DNA of 64,000 nt from the IMG/VR virus record IMGVR_UViG_3300027754_000044; one strand, written 5' to 3'. The DNA comes from a virus. Every line of letters starts with the position of its first letter. The stretch's first letter is position 1. Below the pieces are notes generated by a model, which saw nothing but the letters and a program-made list of their open reading frames with translations, ran no database searches and was not told where the DNA came from. Shown one piece after another: positions 27,249 through 36,478 of the stretch. The position numbers and the translations under genes are program-made.

Positions 27249-27511
27249 TATGATCCTTCATTTGGATCATCATCAGGAATTATCTGTGGATTTGGATCAG
27301 TCCATGATTGCGAAATTGGATCATATATCCAACCAAGATCAAAATATCCAACAGAACGTCTTACTTCATCATCATTAAAATACGATGTCAAATCGATAAG
27401 ATATTTTCCAATAGAAGTTTCTGCCGTATCAATATCAGCGAGAATAAAATTCTCAATAATATTAGTTTGGATGTCAATCACTCCACATGTTTTTCTATTA
27501 TCTATATTCAT
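27248..27511 (-). CDS. Small acidic fibre-associated protein
   Basis: GWIYDP...W motif; lies between fibre and Gly-rich genes. Confidence 0.55.
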   Translation of the reverse strand: MNIDNRKTCGVIDIQTNIIENFILADIDTAETSIGKYLIDLTSYFNDDEVRRSVGYFDLGWIYDPISQSWTDPNPQIIPDDDPNEGS

Positions 27512-27529
27512 AATTAATTTTTTCTAAAT

Positions 27530-28927
27530 TTATGCCTGCGTTCCAGCAGCAATAACATCCCATCGGGTGTTGTTTGAATTATATACACACCCTATATAGC
27601 TTGTTTTGCTTGCAGTTGTTGTTGTTGGTAATGTTACTCCCATAACAGTATATGTAGCGTTCCATGTTAAAGCTCTTGCAGTTCCATTGTCTAATAATCT
27701 AAACATCAATCTTTGTCCGTCTACAGGAGTTCCGGTTGGCGCGGCAATTGTGGTTGCTTGAGTAAGACCAGTTGCTGCATACATATCATACGAATCTGAA
27801 TTTGGAGTAAGCGTGCCACTATAATCCGCTGCAGAATTAACCCTAGAATTAAACCGCGTATTGATGATTGTTCCGAGGGATGAGTTTCCAGAAACGGTCA
27901 AGTTGGTAGATATTGTAGCACGACCAGTATGAGCTAGAAGACCTGAAGTTGTAGGATTAGATTTAGTTACATATATAGAAACAGCATTTGCAACAGACAA
28001 TTTAGCAGTATCTAACGCTCGAATAGCAGTGTTGGTAGATGTTAGACCAGTTTTAACATTAATGATTGCAAGATTAGTATTAGCAAGTGCTGCTCGTTCA
28101 ACAGCTTTCGTTTGAAATGTAGAAACAGCATTGGCGACTTGTAATCTATCGGATACAAGAGTTCTAATAGATGTGTTGGTTGTTGTTAAACCAGTTTTAA
28201 CATTAGTGATTGCTAAATTTGTATTGGCTAGTGCTGCTCGTTCAACAGCTTTCGTTTGAAATGTAGAAACAGCATTAGCGACTTGTAATCTATCAGAAAC
28301 TAATAATCTGATGGCAGTATTTGTAGTTGTTAAACCAGTTTTAACATTAGTGATTGCTAAATTTGTATTGGCTAGTGCTGCTCGTTCAACAGCTTTCGTT
28401 TGATAAATTGCAACAGCGTTCGCCACCTGCAAATATTGGGTAGTAGAACCACCACCACCTCCAACAGCATCCCAATAAACTGTTGTTCCATTAGTTTTTA
28501 ATGCATAGCCAGCGGTTCCAAGCGAACCATTAGCTACGAGTTTTCCGATAACATTATTACCAGAAACGGTCAAGTTGGTAGATATTGTAGCACGACCAGT
28601 GTGTGCTAAAACTCCAGAAGTAGTTGGCGATATTTGAGTTGCGTATATTGAAGCTGCATTCGCAACTTGTAATCTATCGGAAACTAATAATCTGATAGCT
28701 GTGTTTGTAGAAGTAAGTGCAGCCCACGTGGCACCGCCTGCGCTAATAAGAGCAGTTGCGTTTGCGACTTGAAGATAATCTGATGTAAAACTGAAAACAG
28801 AGGTACCATTCGAGGAATATATTTTCCTGTCTTTGGTATTAATTGCGAGTTCGCCTGTGGCGATGTCAGATGTAGTCGGAACTTTACTAGGTACAGAGCT
28901 GCGCTTAATCTTTATGGTTGAAGCCAT
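27530..28927 (-). CDS. Fibre protein
   Basis: IKIKRSSV..KVP....GELAIN..D.K.Y N-terminus, 3x48-aa repeats, distal DNGTARALTW...RWDVIA domain; start reassigned to 28927. Confidence 0.8.
   Translation of the reverse strand: MASTIKIKRSSVPSKVPTTSDIATGELAINTKDRKIYSSNGTSVFSFTSDYLQVANATALISAGGATWAALTSTNTAIRLLVSDRLQVANAASIYATQISPTTSGVLAHTGRATISTNLTVSGNNVIGKLVANGSLGTAGYALKTNGTTVYWDAVGGGGGSTTQYLQVANAVAIYQTKAVERAALANTNLAITNVKTGLTTTNTAIRLLVSDRLQVANAVSTFQTKAVERAALANTNLAITNVKTGLTTTNTSIRTLVSDRLQVANAVSTFQTKAVERAALANTNLAIINVKTGLTSTNTAIRALDTAKLSVANAVSIYVTKSNPTTSGLLAHTGRATISTNLTVSGNSSLGTIINTRFNSRVNSAADYSGTLTPNSDSYDMYAATGLTQATTIAAPTGTPVDGQRLMFRLLDNGTARALTWNATYTVMGVTLPTTTTASKTSYIGCVYNSNNTRWDVIAAGTQA
28010..28430. 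repeat. About three tandem 144-bp coding repeats
   Basis: GTGCTGCTCGTTCAACAGCTTTCGTTTGA recurs near 28087, 28231 and 28375; boundaries approximate. Confidence 0.85.
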
Positions 28928-28940
28928 AATATCATTTTTT

Positions 28941-29014
28941 CCTATGTAGGAGTTTAGAGAAAAGTCTTTCGACCTCTCCAAATGTTCTGGGAGAAGCCTT
29001 TCGGTCTCCCAGAA
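28941..29014 (-). promoter_or_regulatory. Structured leader with two GAAA-tetraloop hairpins and a small SD hairpin
   Basis: TTCTGGGAGA-CC-GAAA-GG-CT-TCTCCCAGAA; TTTGGAGAGGTC-GAAA-GACTTTTCTCTAAA; CCTACATAGG. Confidence 0.7.
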
Positions 29015-29037
29015 TTATTCAGATACTAACTTATTTA

Positions 29038-30405
29038 TTAATAAGATCCACCATCTATTACTGCATCAAGTTGCGCCATTGTGTATGATGAAAAGTCGAT
29101 CGTTTGATTTGGCTCGGTAGTTAAACCCGTGAACAATTTATAAACACCATCAGTAGCGTCACGAATCAAACCAGTATACTTCGCACCACTGCTTACATAT
29201 TTTTGATAGATACCCAGATCAATCGTGTCGGCAACGTTGTTATTGGCAACCTTGATCATATTATCGCCAAGCGATATGGTTGTGGAATCAATATACGTTA
29301 ATGTTCCAGCAACTGTAAGGTTTCCGTTGATGCTTGTGTTTCCAGATACCGACAGATTGGTTCCAACAGTAAGACGACCAGCCGCAGCTACAAGACCAGA
29401 TGCGCTAATGGTTCCAGCTGCTAGTGTTGCAATCGTACCTAACGATGTTAGAGAAGAAGAAGTTACGCCAGAAGCAAGAGAAGAACCACTAAGAGTTCCT
29501 GCGGGAGCAACGACGGCAGATGTAGTAACCGCTGTTACTAATCCTTTTGCATTTACAGTAATAACTGGTATTGCAGTTGTTCCACCAAATGCTCCGACAT
29601 TAGAATTAACAGTAGCAAGAGTTGTAGCTGCGCCTACACTGGTAATATCACCTGTAAGGTTCTGTTGTGTTCCAGTTCCCCAATATACTGTTGAACCATT
29701 TGATTTTAACACCTCGCCAGAATTTCCAATGGTGCCATTGGCTACGAGTTTTCCAATTACAGTATTACCAGAAATTGTTAAGTTTGTAGAAATTGTAGCA
29801 CGACCAGTGTGTGCTAAAACTCCAGTCGTTGATATTGTCTTACCTGCAGCGCCTAAAGTTGTATTTCCAGATACATCTAAATTGGTCGAAATCGTAGCAC
29901 GACCAGTATGAGCTAGAAGACCTGAAGTTGTAGGGTCTGCTGACGATGCTTTTGTAGCAATATAGGTATTTGTATTCGCAAGCGCACTATTGAACGTAGT
30001 CGTGTTGACTTTTGTTGCGATAAAAGAATTAGTATTCGCTAATTGTGCTTTGATAAATGCGTTAGTATTCGCTAAAGCTAACCGTTCTATTGCTATGGTC
30101 TGATACGTCGTTGCAGCTGTGGTTGTCGCTAACTTCGTAGCAATATATGTGTTAGTATTCGCAAGAGCACTATTGAACGTAGTCGTGTTGACTTTCGTCG
30201 CAATATACGAATTAGTGTTGGCTAATTGCGCTTTGATAAATGCATTAGTATTCGCTAGAGAGTGTTCGCCCAATGCAAAAACTGTAGAACCTGTAGAGGA
30301 ATAAAGTTTTTTATCTACTAAGTTAATTGCCAACTCACCCGCTTGCAGCGACGCAGGTACTGAAGAACCAGTGCTACTGCGTTTAATTAGAATCGACGAT
30401 GCCAT
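29038..30405 (-). CDS. Fibre protein
   Basis: ILIKRSS...P..L..GELAIN N-terminus, ALANTN repeats, IDGGSY end; TATAAATA at 30439-30446. Confidence 0.8.
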   Translation of the reverse strand: MASSILIKRSSTGSSVPASLQAGELAINLVDKKLYSSTGSTVFALGEHSLANTNAFIKAQLANTNSYIATKVNTTTFNSALANTNTYIATKLATTTAATTYQTIAIERLALANTNAFIKAQLANTNSFIATKVNTTTFNSALANTNTYIATKASSADPTTSGLLAHTGRATISTNLDVSGNTTLGAAGKTISTTGVLAHTGRATISTNLTISGNTVIGKLVANGTIGNSGEVLKSNGSTVYWGTGTQQNLTGDITSVGAATTLATVNSNVGAFGGTTAIPVITVNAKGLVTAVTTSAVVAPAGTLSGSSLASGVTSSSLTSLGTIATLAAGTISASGLVAAAGRLTVGTNLSVSGNTSINGNLTVAGTLTYIDSTTISLGDNMIKVANNNVADTIDLGIYQKYVSSGAKYTGLIRDATDGVYKLFTGLTTEPNQTIDFSSYTMAQLDAVIDGGSY

Positions 30406-30441
30406 AATTTACCCCCTATTGGTTTGATTTCTAAATACTAT

Positions 30442-30792
30442 TTATAACTGATCAGTTTTTGGTTTTAAAATAATACGCTCTTTATTAACTATTTTTCCTT
30501 CAGAACCACTAAATCCTTGTCGCACAACAGGTATGGGTGTTTCTAAAGTAGTGAAATTTTCAATCTTTTTAATTTCTACAACTCTTGTATTAGAAACATT
30601 AGTTAAATTTATAACTGATGGTCTTAATACTTTAGTATCGTTCTCTGCTAAAATATATCCTCTAGAATTCAATAATTCTTTCTCTAACAAAGTATTTCTT
30701 GTTTGTAAAAGAAGAACTGCTTGTGTTAGATCATTTATTTTTCGCTGTTGTTGAGACATATACTCTTCCAGCGCTTCTGTTTCTTTACTCAT
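30442..30792 (-). CDS. Coiled-coil protein, possible fibre chaperone
   Basis: N-terminal heptad pattern; located among fibre genes. Confidence 0.5.
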   Translation of the reverse strand: MSKETEALEEYMSQQQRKINDLTQAVLLLQTRNTLLEKELLNSRGYILAENDTKVLRPSVINLTNVSNTRVVEIKKIENFTTLETPIPVVRQGFSGSEGKIVNKERIILKPKTDQL

Positions 30793-32138
30793 TAAAATGA
30801 TCCGCCATCTAATTTATCAAATTTAGGAACACCACCTGCACCAATTTGTAATATCTCGCCACCACTTCCTGTTAGATATCCAAGAATAGAACTATTAGCT
30901 CCAAATAAAATACCATTAGTTGTTACTGAACTTAATCCAGTTCCACCATATGCTGTTGATAATACGTTGCTAAGAATAAGTCTAGATAATGATGTATTAC
31001 CATATACTGTTAAATTATTAGTTATTGTTACATTGCCAAAGTTTCCAGTTCCGGATGGACCTAAAGTCACAAATACCACATTAGCTACATTTGCACCTGG
31101 TGCTGGTGCTGGTGCAGTCGCAATACCACCAGTGGCAGTTGATTTTATTAATGTCTCGCCAAGCTGAATGGTATTTCCAGATAACCAAAGATCTTTAAAT
31201 CTTCTCCCATAACTTCCTATACTATAGACATTATTAGCTTCGGGTATTATGTCTCTAGTTGTTATAGTCTGTATAAACGCATTTGCGGTGCTGTTTCCGC
31301 CGCTTGAAGTATTCGCTTGCCATTTTTTAAGAGTAGAATTGTATACTAAAACCTGACCATTCGTTGCAGAATTAACACTGTTAATATCTATATCATCTAG
31401 ATATTTTAAATTTACTTCGCCAGAACCTGGAGAACGGCCAGTCGCTGCGCCATATGCAATTCTAGATATTTTTGTTTCAACAGTATTTGTTAATTGCTCG
31501 AATTTTTTTTCTAAAGGAGCTATGTTCGCGTCAGAGCCTGGATCGCCTTTATCGCCTTTTTTTCCACGAGCACCATCAGTGCCATCTTTTCCATCAACGC
31601 CATCTCTGCCGTCTTTTCCATCAAGTCCAGGATTGCCATCTTTTCCATCAATTCCATCTCTGCCATCAGCACCGTCTTTTCCATCAATACCGTCAATTCC
31701 GTCGACACCGTCAATTCCATTCTTTCCATCGGCGCCGACTGTTCCATCAACACCGTCAATTCCATCAACGCCATCAACACCGTCTTTTCCAGAAACACCT
31801 TTTTCACCGCGGGGTCCTATTTTTCCCTGCAGACCTGGATCGCCCTTTTCGCCTTGTAGGCCTACATCTCCTCGTTCACCTTGAATTCCTTGTTTGCCTT
31901 CATTGCCTGTAATTCCCTGTAAACCTTGATCGCCTTTTTGTCCAATAAAGCCGCGCTCTCCGCGAAGACCTATAGGTCCGCGGTCACCTTCTACTAATTC
32001 TAAAGAATTTAATTTGTCAAGAATTTGAGAAGAATTAACATCTAACTCTTCTCGAAGTTTTTGAACTTCTTTTTTTGTCTGAGATTCAGCTAACTTTAAA
32101 GCTGCAGCAAGTATTTTTGCTGTGTCTAATTCGTTCAT
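30792..32138 (-). CDS. Collagen-like (Gly-X-Y) fibre protein
   Basis: About 50 G-X-Y triplets with many GxD, GSGEV.L..LDD motif, LDGGSF end; ATGA overlap with portal. Confidence 0.85.
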   Translation of the reverse strand: MNELDTAKILAAALKLAESQTKKEVQKLREELDVNSSQILDKLNSLELVEGDRGPIGLRGERGFIGQKGDQGLQGITGNEGKQGIQGERGDVGLQGEKGDPGLQGKIGPRGEKGVSGKDGVDGVDGIDGVDGTVGADGKNGIDGVDGIDGIDGKDGADGRDGIDGKDGNPGLDGKDGRDGVDGKDGTDGARGKKGDKGDPGSDANIAPLEKKFEQLTNTVETKISRIAYGAATGRSPGSGEVNLKYLDDIDINSVNSATNGQVLVYNSTLKKWQANTSSGGNSTANAFIQTITTRDIIPEANNVYSIGSYGRRFKDLWLSGNTIQLGETLIKSTATGGIATAPAPAPGANVANVVFVTLGPSGTGNFGNVTITNNLTVYGNTSLSRLILSNVLSTAYGGTGLSSVTTNGILFGANSSILGYLTGSGGEILQIGAGGVPKFDKLDGGSF

Positions 32139-33811
32139 TTATCATCCTGTAAGTTATCCTCATTTTCATTATTCACATTTTCAATCAGTTTGGACATATT
32201 TTCAATTAATTCTAATTCCTCTTTTGTTATATTTTTTGGAGCAGGAGGCTCTCCTTGCGGCATAGGTGGTGGCGGAGCTGGAAGCTCTTTCTGATTGTCT
32301 TGTTGTTGCTGTGGATTTGGCGGAGGCGCTGTAGCTTGCTCAGATCCTATCTGATCATCTAATTTTTGAATTTCGTCTTCAGTAAGTTTTAGAACATTTC
32401 TACGTATCCAATCTTGTGAATAATACCGACCAACATAAGCATCAGCCACTTGTAATAGATTCATACGCTGTGAAAGTATTTCTTGTTCTTTCAGTTCAGC
32501 ATAATAATTATCTTCTTGAAAGTCGTAAGAAATATAATCTTTGATCTCTTTCCATTCAACTTTGGACATAACTCCAGTTAGCACCAATTGTGTTTCAAGA
32601 ATCCGATCGAACACATGAGAGAATCTAGAACGGAGACGTGCTATTAATTTTGTGAACTTAATTTCGTCTCTGGTAATTTCTGACGACTTGCCCATGTTAA
32701 ATGTGCTCTCAGACAACATTCTGCTGATAGGAACATTTAACGATTGATATAATTTTTTACGGAAGTATTCTACATCTTCTAACTGACCAAGATTTTGTCC
32801 ACCAGGAAGTGTAGTGATTTCTGTTCCGCGGTTTCCTTCTCTGCGAGGGAGCCAATAATCTTCTAACATCGTCATGAATTTTCGATCATCTCTAACTTCA
32901 CCTGTAGACGCGTCATACACAAGACGGTTCTTATGTTTGACCATCATATCGCGAAGATATTGTTCTGCTTTCATCTTAGGAAGATTACCAACGTCGATGT
33001 AAAAAATTCTTCTTTCGGGCGCGCGAGCTAGACGGTAAATTACAGTTGCATCTTCTAACATGCGAAGTTGATTGAACGGTTTCATTGCTTTATGCAAATG
33101 AGAAAGAACCATAGAATTACGCTCGTCTAACAATCCAGAATGAACGTGGCATATACTATCGGGAGAAATTTTCACACCCTGCGTGACAGTTCCCATGTTA
33201 GTATGTCCAGATTTATTATACAAATAGTATTCTTGAAATGGACGAACTACAGCAGATTTATCATTCTGCATAGCATCAGTTCTATTTGTAATTGGAACTC
33301 TGAGCTTTCTCATTCTTCTTGGATCAATATAACGAAGCTCTTTGATTCCTTCGCGAGGATTTTTTGAGTCAATCATCATATGGTAATATATTCTTCCATC
33401 AACATACCATCGTTGAAATATATCGTGAGCCATATTTTGAAAATCTAAAAGCGTCAGAAGTTTTTGAAATTCTTCTGTAAGTTTGGTTTTTACACGAGCG
33501 GGCTGATCTAATCTATCTAGATTTAGAGTGATAGGAAGTTGAGTTTTGTCATTGATGATCGCCTCGTTTACGATATCCTGTATCGCTAAATCGATATCTG
33601 GTTGTTGAGCCATTTGGCGATACTTTGTCACTAACTCAATTTCTGATTTTGCTGTTGATTCTAGATCAATATATGTGCCATATGATCCACCTGGCGCAAT
33701 TTCAACTGCGCCATCTTCGTTGGGCTTTGGTACAAATGATGGGATAGAAATGGCTTCTTTTACTTCATCCTCAATTTTACCAATTTTAAAACCGAATAGT
33801 TCGAATGCCAT
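32135..33811 (-). CDS. gp20: Portal protein
   Basis: ELFGF, WYVDGR, ELRYIDPR, NQLRMLEDA.VIYRL.RAPERRIFYIDVGN, EDYWLPRREG. Confidence 0.99.
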   Translation of the reverse strand: MAFELFGFKIGKIEDEVKEAISIPSFVPKPNEDGAVEIAPGGSYGTYIDLESTAKSEIELVTKYRQMAQQPDIDLAIQDIVNEAIINDKTQLPITLNLDRLDQPARVKTKLTEEFQKLLTLLDFQNMAHDIFQRWYVDGRIYYHMMIDSKNPREGIKELRYIDPRRMRKLRVPITNRTDAMQNDKSAVVRPFQEYYLYNKSGHTNMGTVTQGVKISPDSICHVHSGLLDERNSMVLSHLHKAMKPFNQLRMLEDATVIYRLARAPERRIFYIDVGNLPKMKAEQYLRDMMVKHKNRLVYDASTGEVRDDRKFMTMLEDYWLPRREGNRGTEITTLPGGQNLGQLEDVEYFRKKLYQSLNVPISRMLSESTFNMGKSSEITRDEIKFTKLIARLRSRFSHVFDRILETQLVLTGVMSKVEWKEIKDYISYDFQEDNYYAELKEQEILSQRMNLLQVADAYVGRYYSQDWIRRNVLKLTEDEIQKLDDQIGSEQATAPPPNPQQQQDNQKELPAPPPPMPQGEPPAPKNITKEELELIENMSKLIENVNNENEDNLQDDK

Positions 33812-33823
33812 TGTCGTCTCTCC

Positions 33824-33869
33824 AAAAAATAAATCCGCTAATACTAACTATTTAGCGGATTTATTTATG
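33824..33869 (-). terminator. 15-bp stem terminator-like hairpin containing late-promoter variants
   Basis: AAATAAATCCGCTAA-N10-TTAGCGGATTTATTT then TTT; CATAAATA and CTAAATA overlap it. Confidence 0.7.
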
Positions 33870-33884
33870 AACTAATTTTATAAT

Positions 33885-34439
33885 TTATACGACTAATGTG
33901 CCAGTTGTAGTTGGTGCAGCAACTCTCCAGTAGTCATACGCAAATTCGCAACTAAACTCTTCGATAGCATCTGTATCCCAATTTACATCAATCGCTTGAA
34001 GATTGACTGGGAACAGATTAACGAACTCATAACTTCTAACAGGAACGCCAACCTTATTATATTGCGTAACTGTTGCAGTTGTTCTATATGATTGAGTTGT
34101 AGATAGTTGTGTTTCACGCAGATTCGCTTGATGGCGATTGATTGCGTTACTCCAAACTTCTAGTGCATGACGAACTTGAAAGTCTTCATCATTCAAAATC
34201 GTAGCAGTCCAGTTGGCAAAAGTTCTTGTTCCCGCTAATTTGATCTTACGACCAAAGTATGAGGCTTCGATAACGCTCAAAGAACTTTCGGGCATCTGTG
34301 CAGCTTTGCATGTGAAAGAAACTCTTGCTCCTATATTCGGAACACCAGAAGGCGTATCAATGATCACGCTGAACAGTGATGGTCGCGCGCCTCCTAGTGG
34401 TAATCCCGAAGAAGCGAACTCCGAAACATTAAATGTCAT
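33885..34439 (-). CDS. gp19: Tail tube protein
   Basis: GGARPSLF.V, F.CKAA.MP, GR.IKLAG.RTF..W..TI.ND.DF, IEEF...F.YDYW. Confidence 0.97.
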   Translation of the reverse strand: MTFNVSEFASSGLPLGGARPSLFSVIIDTPSGVPNIGARVSFTCKAAQMPESSLSVIEASYFGRKIKLAGTRTFANWTATILNDEDFQVRHALEVWSNAINRHQANLRETQLSTTQSYRTTATVTQYNKVGVPVRSYEFVNLFPVNLQAIDVNWDTDAIEEFSCEFAYDYWRVAAPTTTGTLVV

Positions 34440-34462
34440 AAAATTCTCCCTTATCTAGTGTT

Positions 34463-36412
34463 CTAGAATTGTCCAACGACTTCGCTGAACTCTACGCCAG
34501 TTCTAACAGCTACGAAGTTTAGTTGTATAAAATTGATAGAACGAGCTGGTTTGATATAGATATCTCCAACAAATTCGTTACGATCAATCACTTCGCCAGT
34601 ATTGTTCGAGCTATCGCAAACAACTCTGAAGTCGTAAATTCCACGACGTCCTTGAACATCACGCAAGAATGGCTCTACTATATTTCTAAACTGAGCACGC
34701 GTGAAATCGTCGTTGAATTCGAACAGAGTAAACTTTGCAGCAGTAGAAATCGCTTTTTCAAGAACGATAAACAATCTGCGAACGTTGATACGATCAAACG
34801 CTGACGGTTTTGCTAGCAAAGTTTTGTCGCCAAACAGAACCGTTCCTTGACCTGGGAATGTAACAACTGGATTTACGCCAGCTTTATACATCTGATCACG
34901 TTGACCTTTAGTCGCATTGAACGCAAGTTTGATTACATTTTTAACTTGGCCACGATTAAATCCAGCAGGCGAATACCATGGATCACGCTCATTATCTGTG
35001 CGAACCATAAGTCCAGCTGTGTCACCGTTTAGAGCAACGTAGCGATAGATATCGTTGTATTTGTCATACATGTATTTGTAATTACCGTCCATTACAGCAT
35101 AAGATGATGATGGAAGTAGATTACGGAACGCAACAATGTCGTCCATTTCTGCACCAACATATCCGGCATTATTAACTACGTCTGCGCGACGTGGAGAAAT
35201 AACAGCCAAACAGTCTTTACGGACTTCAGCGATATTGTTAATCGCATGAATCGCCACTGTCTGATTACCATCTCCAGTCAATACTAAGGACACGTCAACG
35301 GTTTCTGGATTTGCAAACGCATTCAGTCCGTTTATATAATCTGCAGCTCTTGGAGTAGAGCCATCGCGACCTTTACTAAAAGAAACATTTAAAGCAACAG
35401 ATTGAGCGCCAGCCCCAAAATTTGCACCTGTAGTTACCTGTCTACCTACATTAGTAACTCCAGTCATATTTGCAGCCCACCAAACATATTTGGACTGTTG
35501 ATTGATTACGTTTACATAATAGGATGTTGATCCATCTTCATTTTTAGCATCTGATGCTTTAGAAACTTTTTCAAATTTTTCAATAACAGTATTTGCAGTT
35601 CCAGTAATTCTCCCATCTTCATCTGCAACAACGATATGCATTTCATCGAAGGATGAGCCATCTCTAGAAGCTAACGTTGATGTGCCGGGAGCTGAATCAA
35701 AATAATTGTAAAATTCCCAACGTCTCGTGACAGATGATTGTGTCGCTGCAGTATTTCCGATATACTTATTCTGAAGTGTGATCGTTGCGCCAGAAGCAGA
35801 AGCAACTTTTACTTCGTATCTATCTGGACCAGCTATTAAAATATCACCTGCAACAAGAGTTGCTGCGTAAGCAGAATTAGAAGCTGTTACAGTGACAGAA
35901 TTATTTGTAAACGATAGTGTACCGGAAGCTGTGCTTTGGAAAGCATTAGCAGAACGGCAAACTGAAACGCGCAATGTATTTCCTGTAGCGCCTGGATACT
36001 TTGCTACCCATAAACCAACTCCAGTGATGCCAGAAGAATAATTATCATAATAATCACTTTCATTTTTGATAATAGTATTCTTACCATTAGCTGAATTAGT
36101 TTGCGCATTTCGTGCTGCTAAAGAATCTGTTGATAAAGTACCTACGTTCGAACTACGAACAACTCTATTAACATACAACTTATTACCATAGCTAAGAAAA
36201 CTAGCTGCAGTAAAAAAATCAGAAGCTGTATTTGAATTTGGTGTTCCGTAGGTAGTTGCAAGTTGATCCTCAGACCCGATCAGAACGCGTTGGTCTACTG
36301 GGCCCCACTTCGCATGCATCGCGATAGCGCCCTCTGTTGTGCTTACTGCCGGAATTACTGTAGTAAGATCGATCTCACTAACATTAACTCCTGGCGAAAC
36401 TTGGAATGGCAT
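34463..36412 (-). CDS. gp18: Tail sheath protein
   Basis: SPGV.V.EIDLT, WGP, PW.SPAG.NRG, FDRINVRRLF, KPARSINFI.LNF; TATAAATA at 36456-36463. Confidence 0.98.
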   Translation of the reverse strand: MPFQVSPGVNVSEIDLTTVIPAVSTTEGAIAMHAKWGPVDQRVLIGSEDQLATTYGTPNSNTASDFFTAASFLSYGNKLYVNRVVRSSNVGTLSTDSLAARNAQTNSANGKNTIIKNESDYYDNYSSGITGVGLWVAKYPGATGNTLRVSVCRSANAFQSTASGTLSFTNNSVTVTASNSAYAATLVAGDILIAGPDRYEVKVASASGATITLQNKYIGNTAATQSSVTRRWEFYNYFDSAPGTSTLASRDGSSFDEMHIVVADEDGRITGTANTVIEKFEKVSKASDAKNEDGSTSYYVNVINQQSKYVWWAANMTGVTNVGRQVTTGANFGAGAQSVALNVSFSKGRDGSTPRAADYINGLNAFANPETVDVSLVLTGDGNQTVAIHAINNIAEVRKDCLAVISPRRADVVNNAGYVGAEMDDIVAFRNLLPSSSYAVMDGNYKYMYDKYNDIYRYVALNGDTAGLMVRTDNERDPWYSPAGFNRGQVKNVIKLAFNATKGQRDQMYKAGVNPVVTFPGQGTVLFGDKTLLAKPSAFDRINVRRLFIVLEKAISTAAKFTLFEFNDDFTRAQFRNIVEPFLRDVQGRRGIYDFRVVCDSSNNTGEVIDRNEFVGDIYIKPARSINFIQLNFVAVRTGVEFSEVVGQF

Positions 36413-36478
36413 AATCAGACTCCTTCCATCATTGAATTGATTGGTTATACTCTTTTATTTATAAAATACGGATTTTCA

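Noticed and set aside
25719-30405. Diversity-generating retroelement target/template pair
   Set aside because: No reverse transcriptase in the window; repeat differences are not evidently adenine-specific
29225-31912. Antisense and alternative-frame ORFs over the fibre and collagen genes
   Set aside because: Low-complexity shadow frames of clear minus-strand genes
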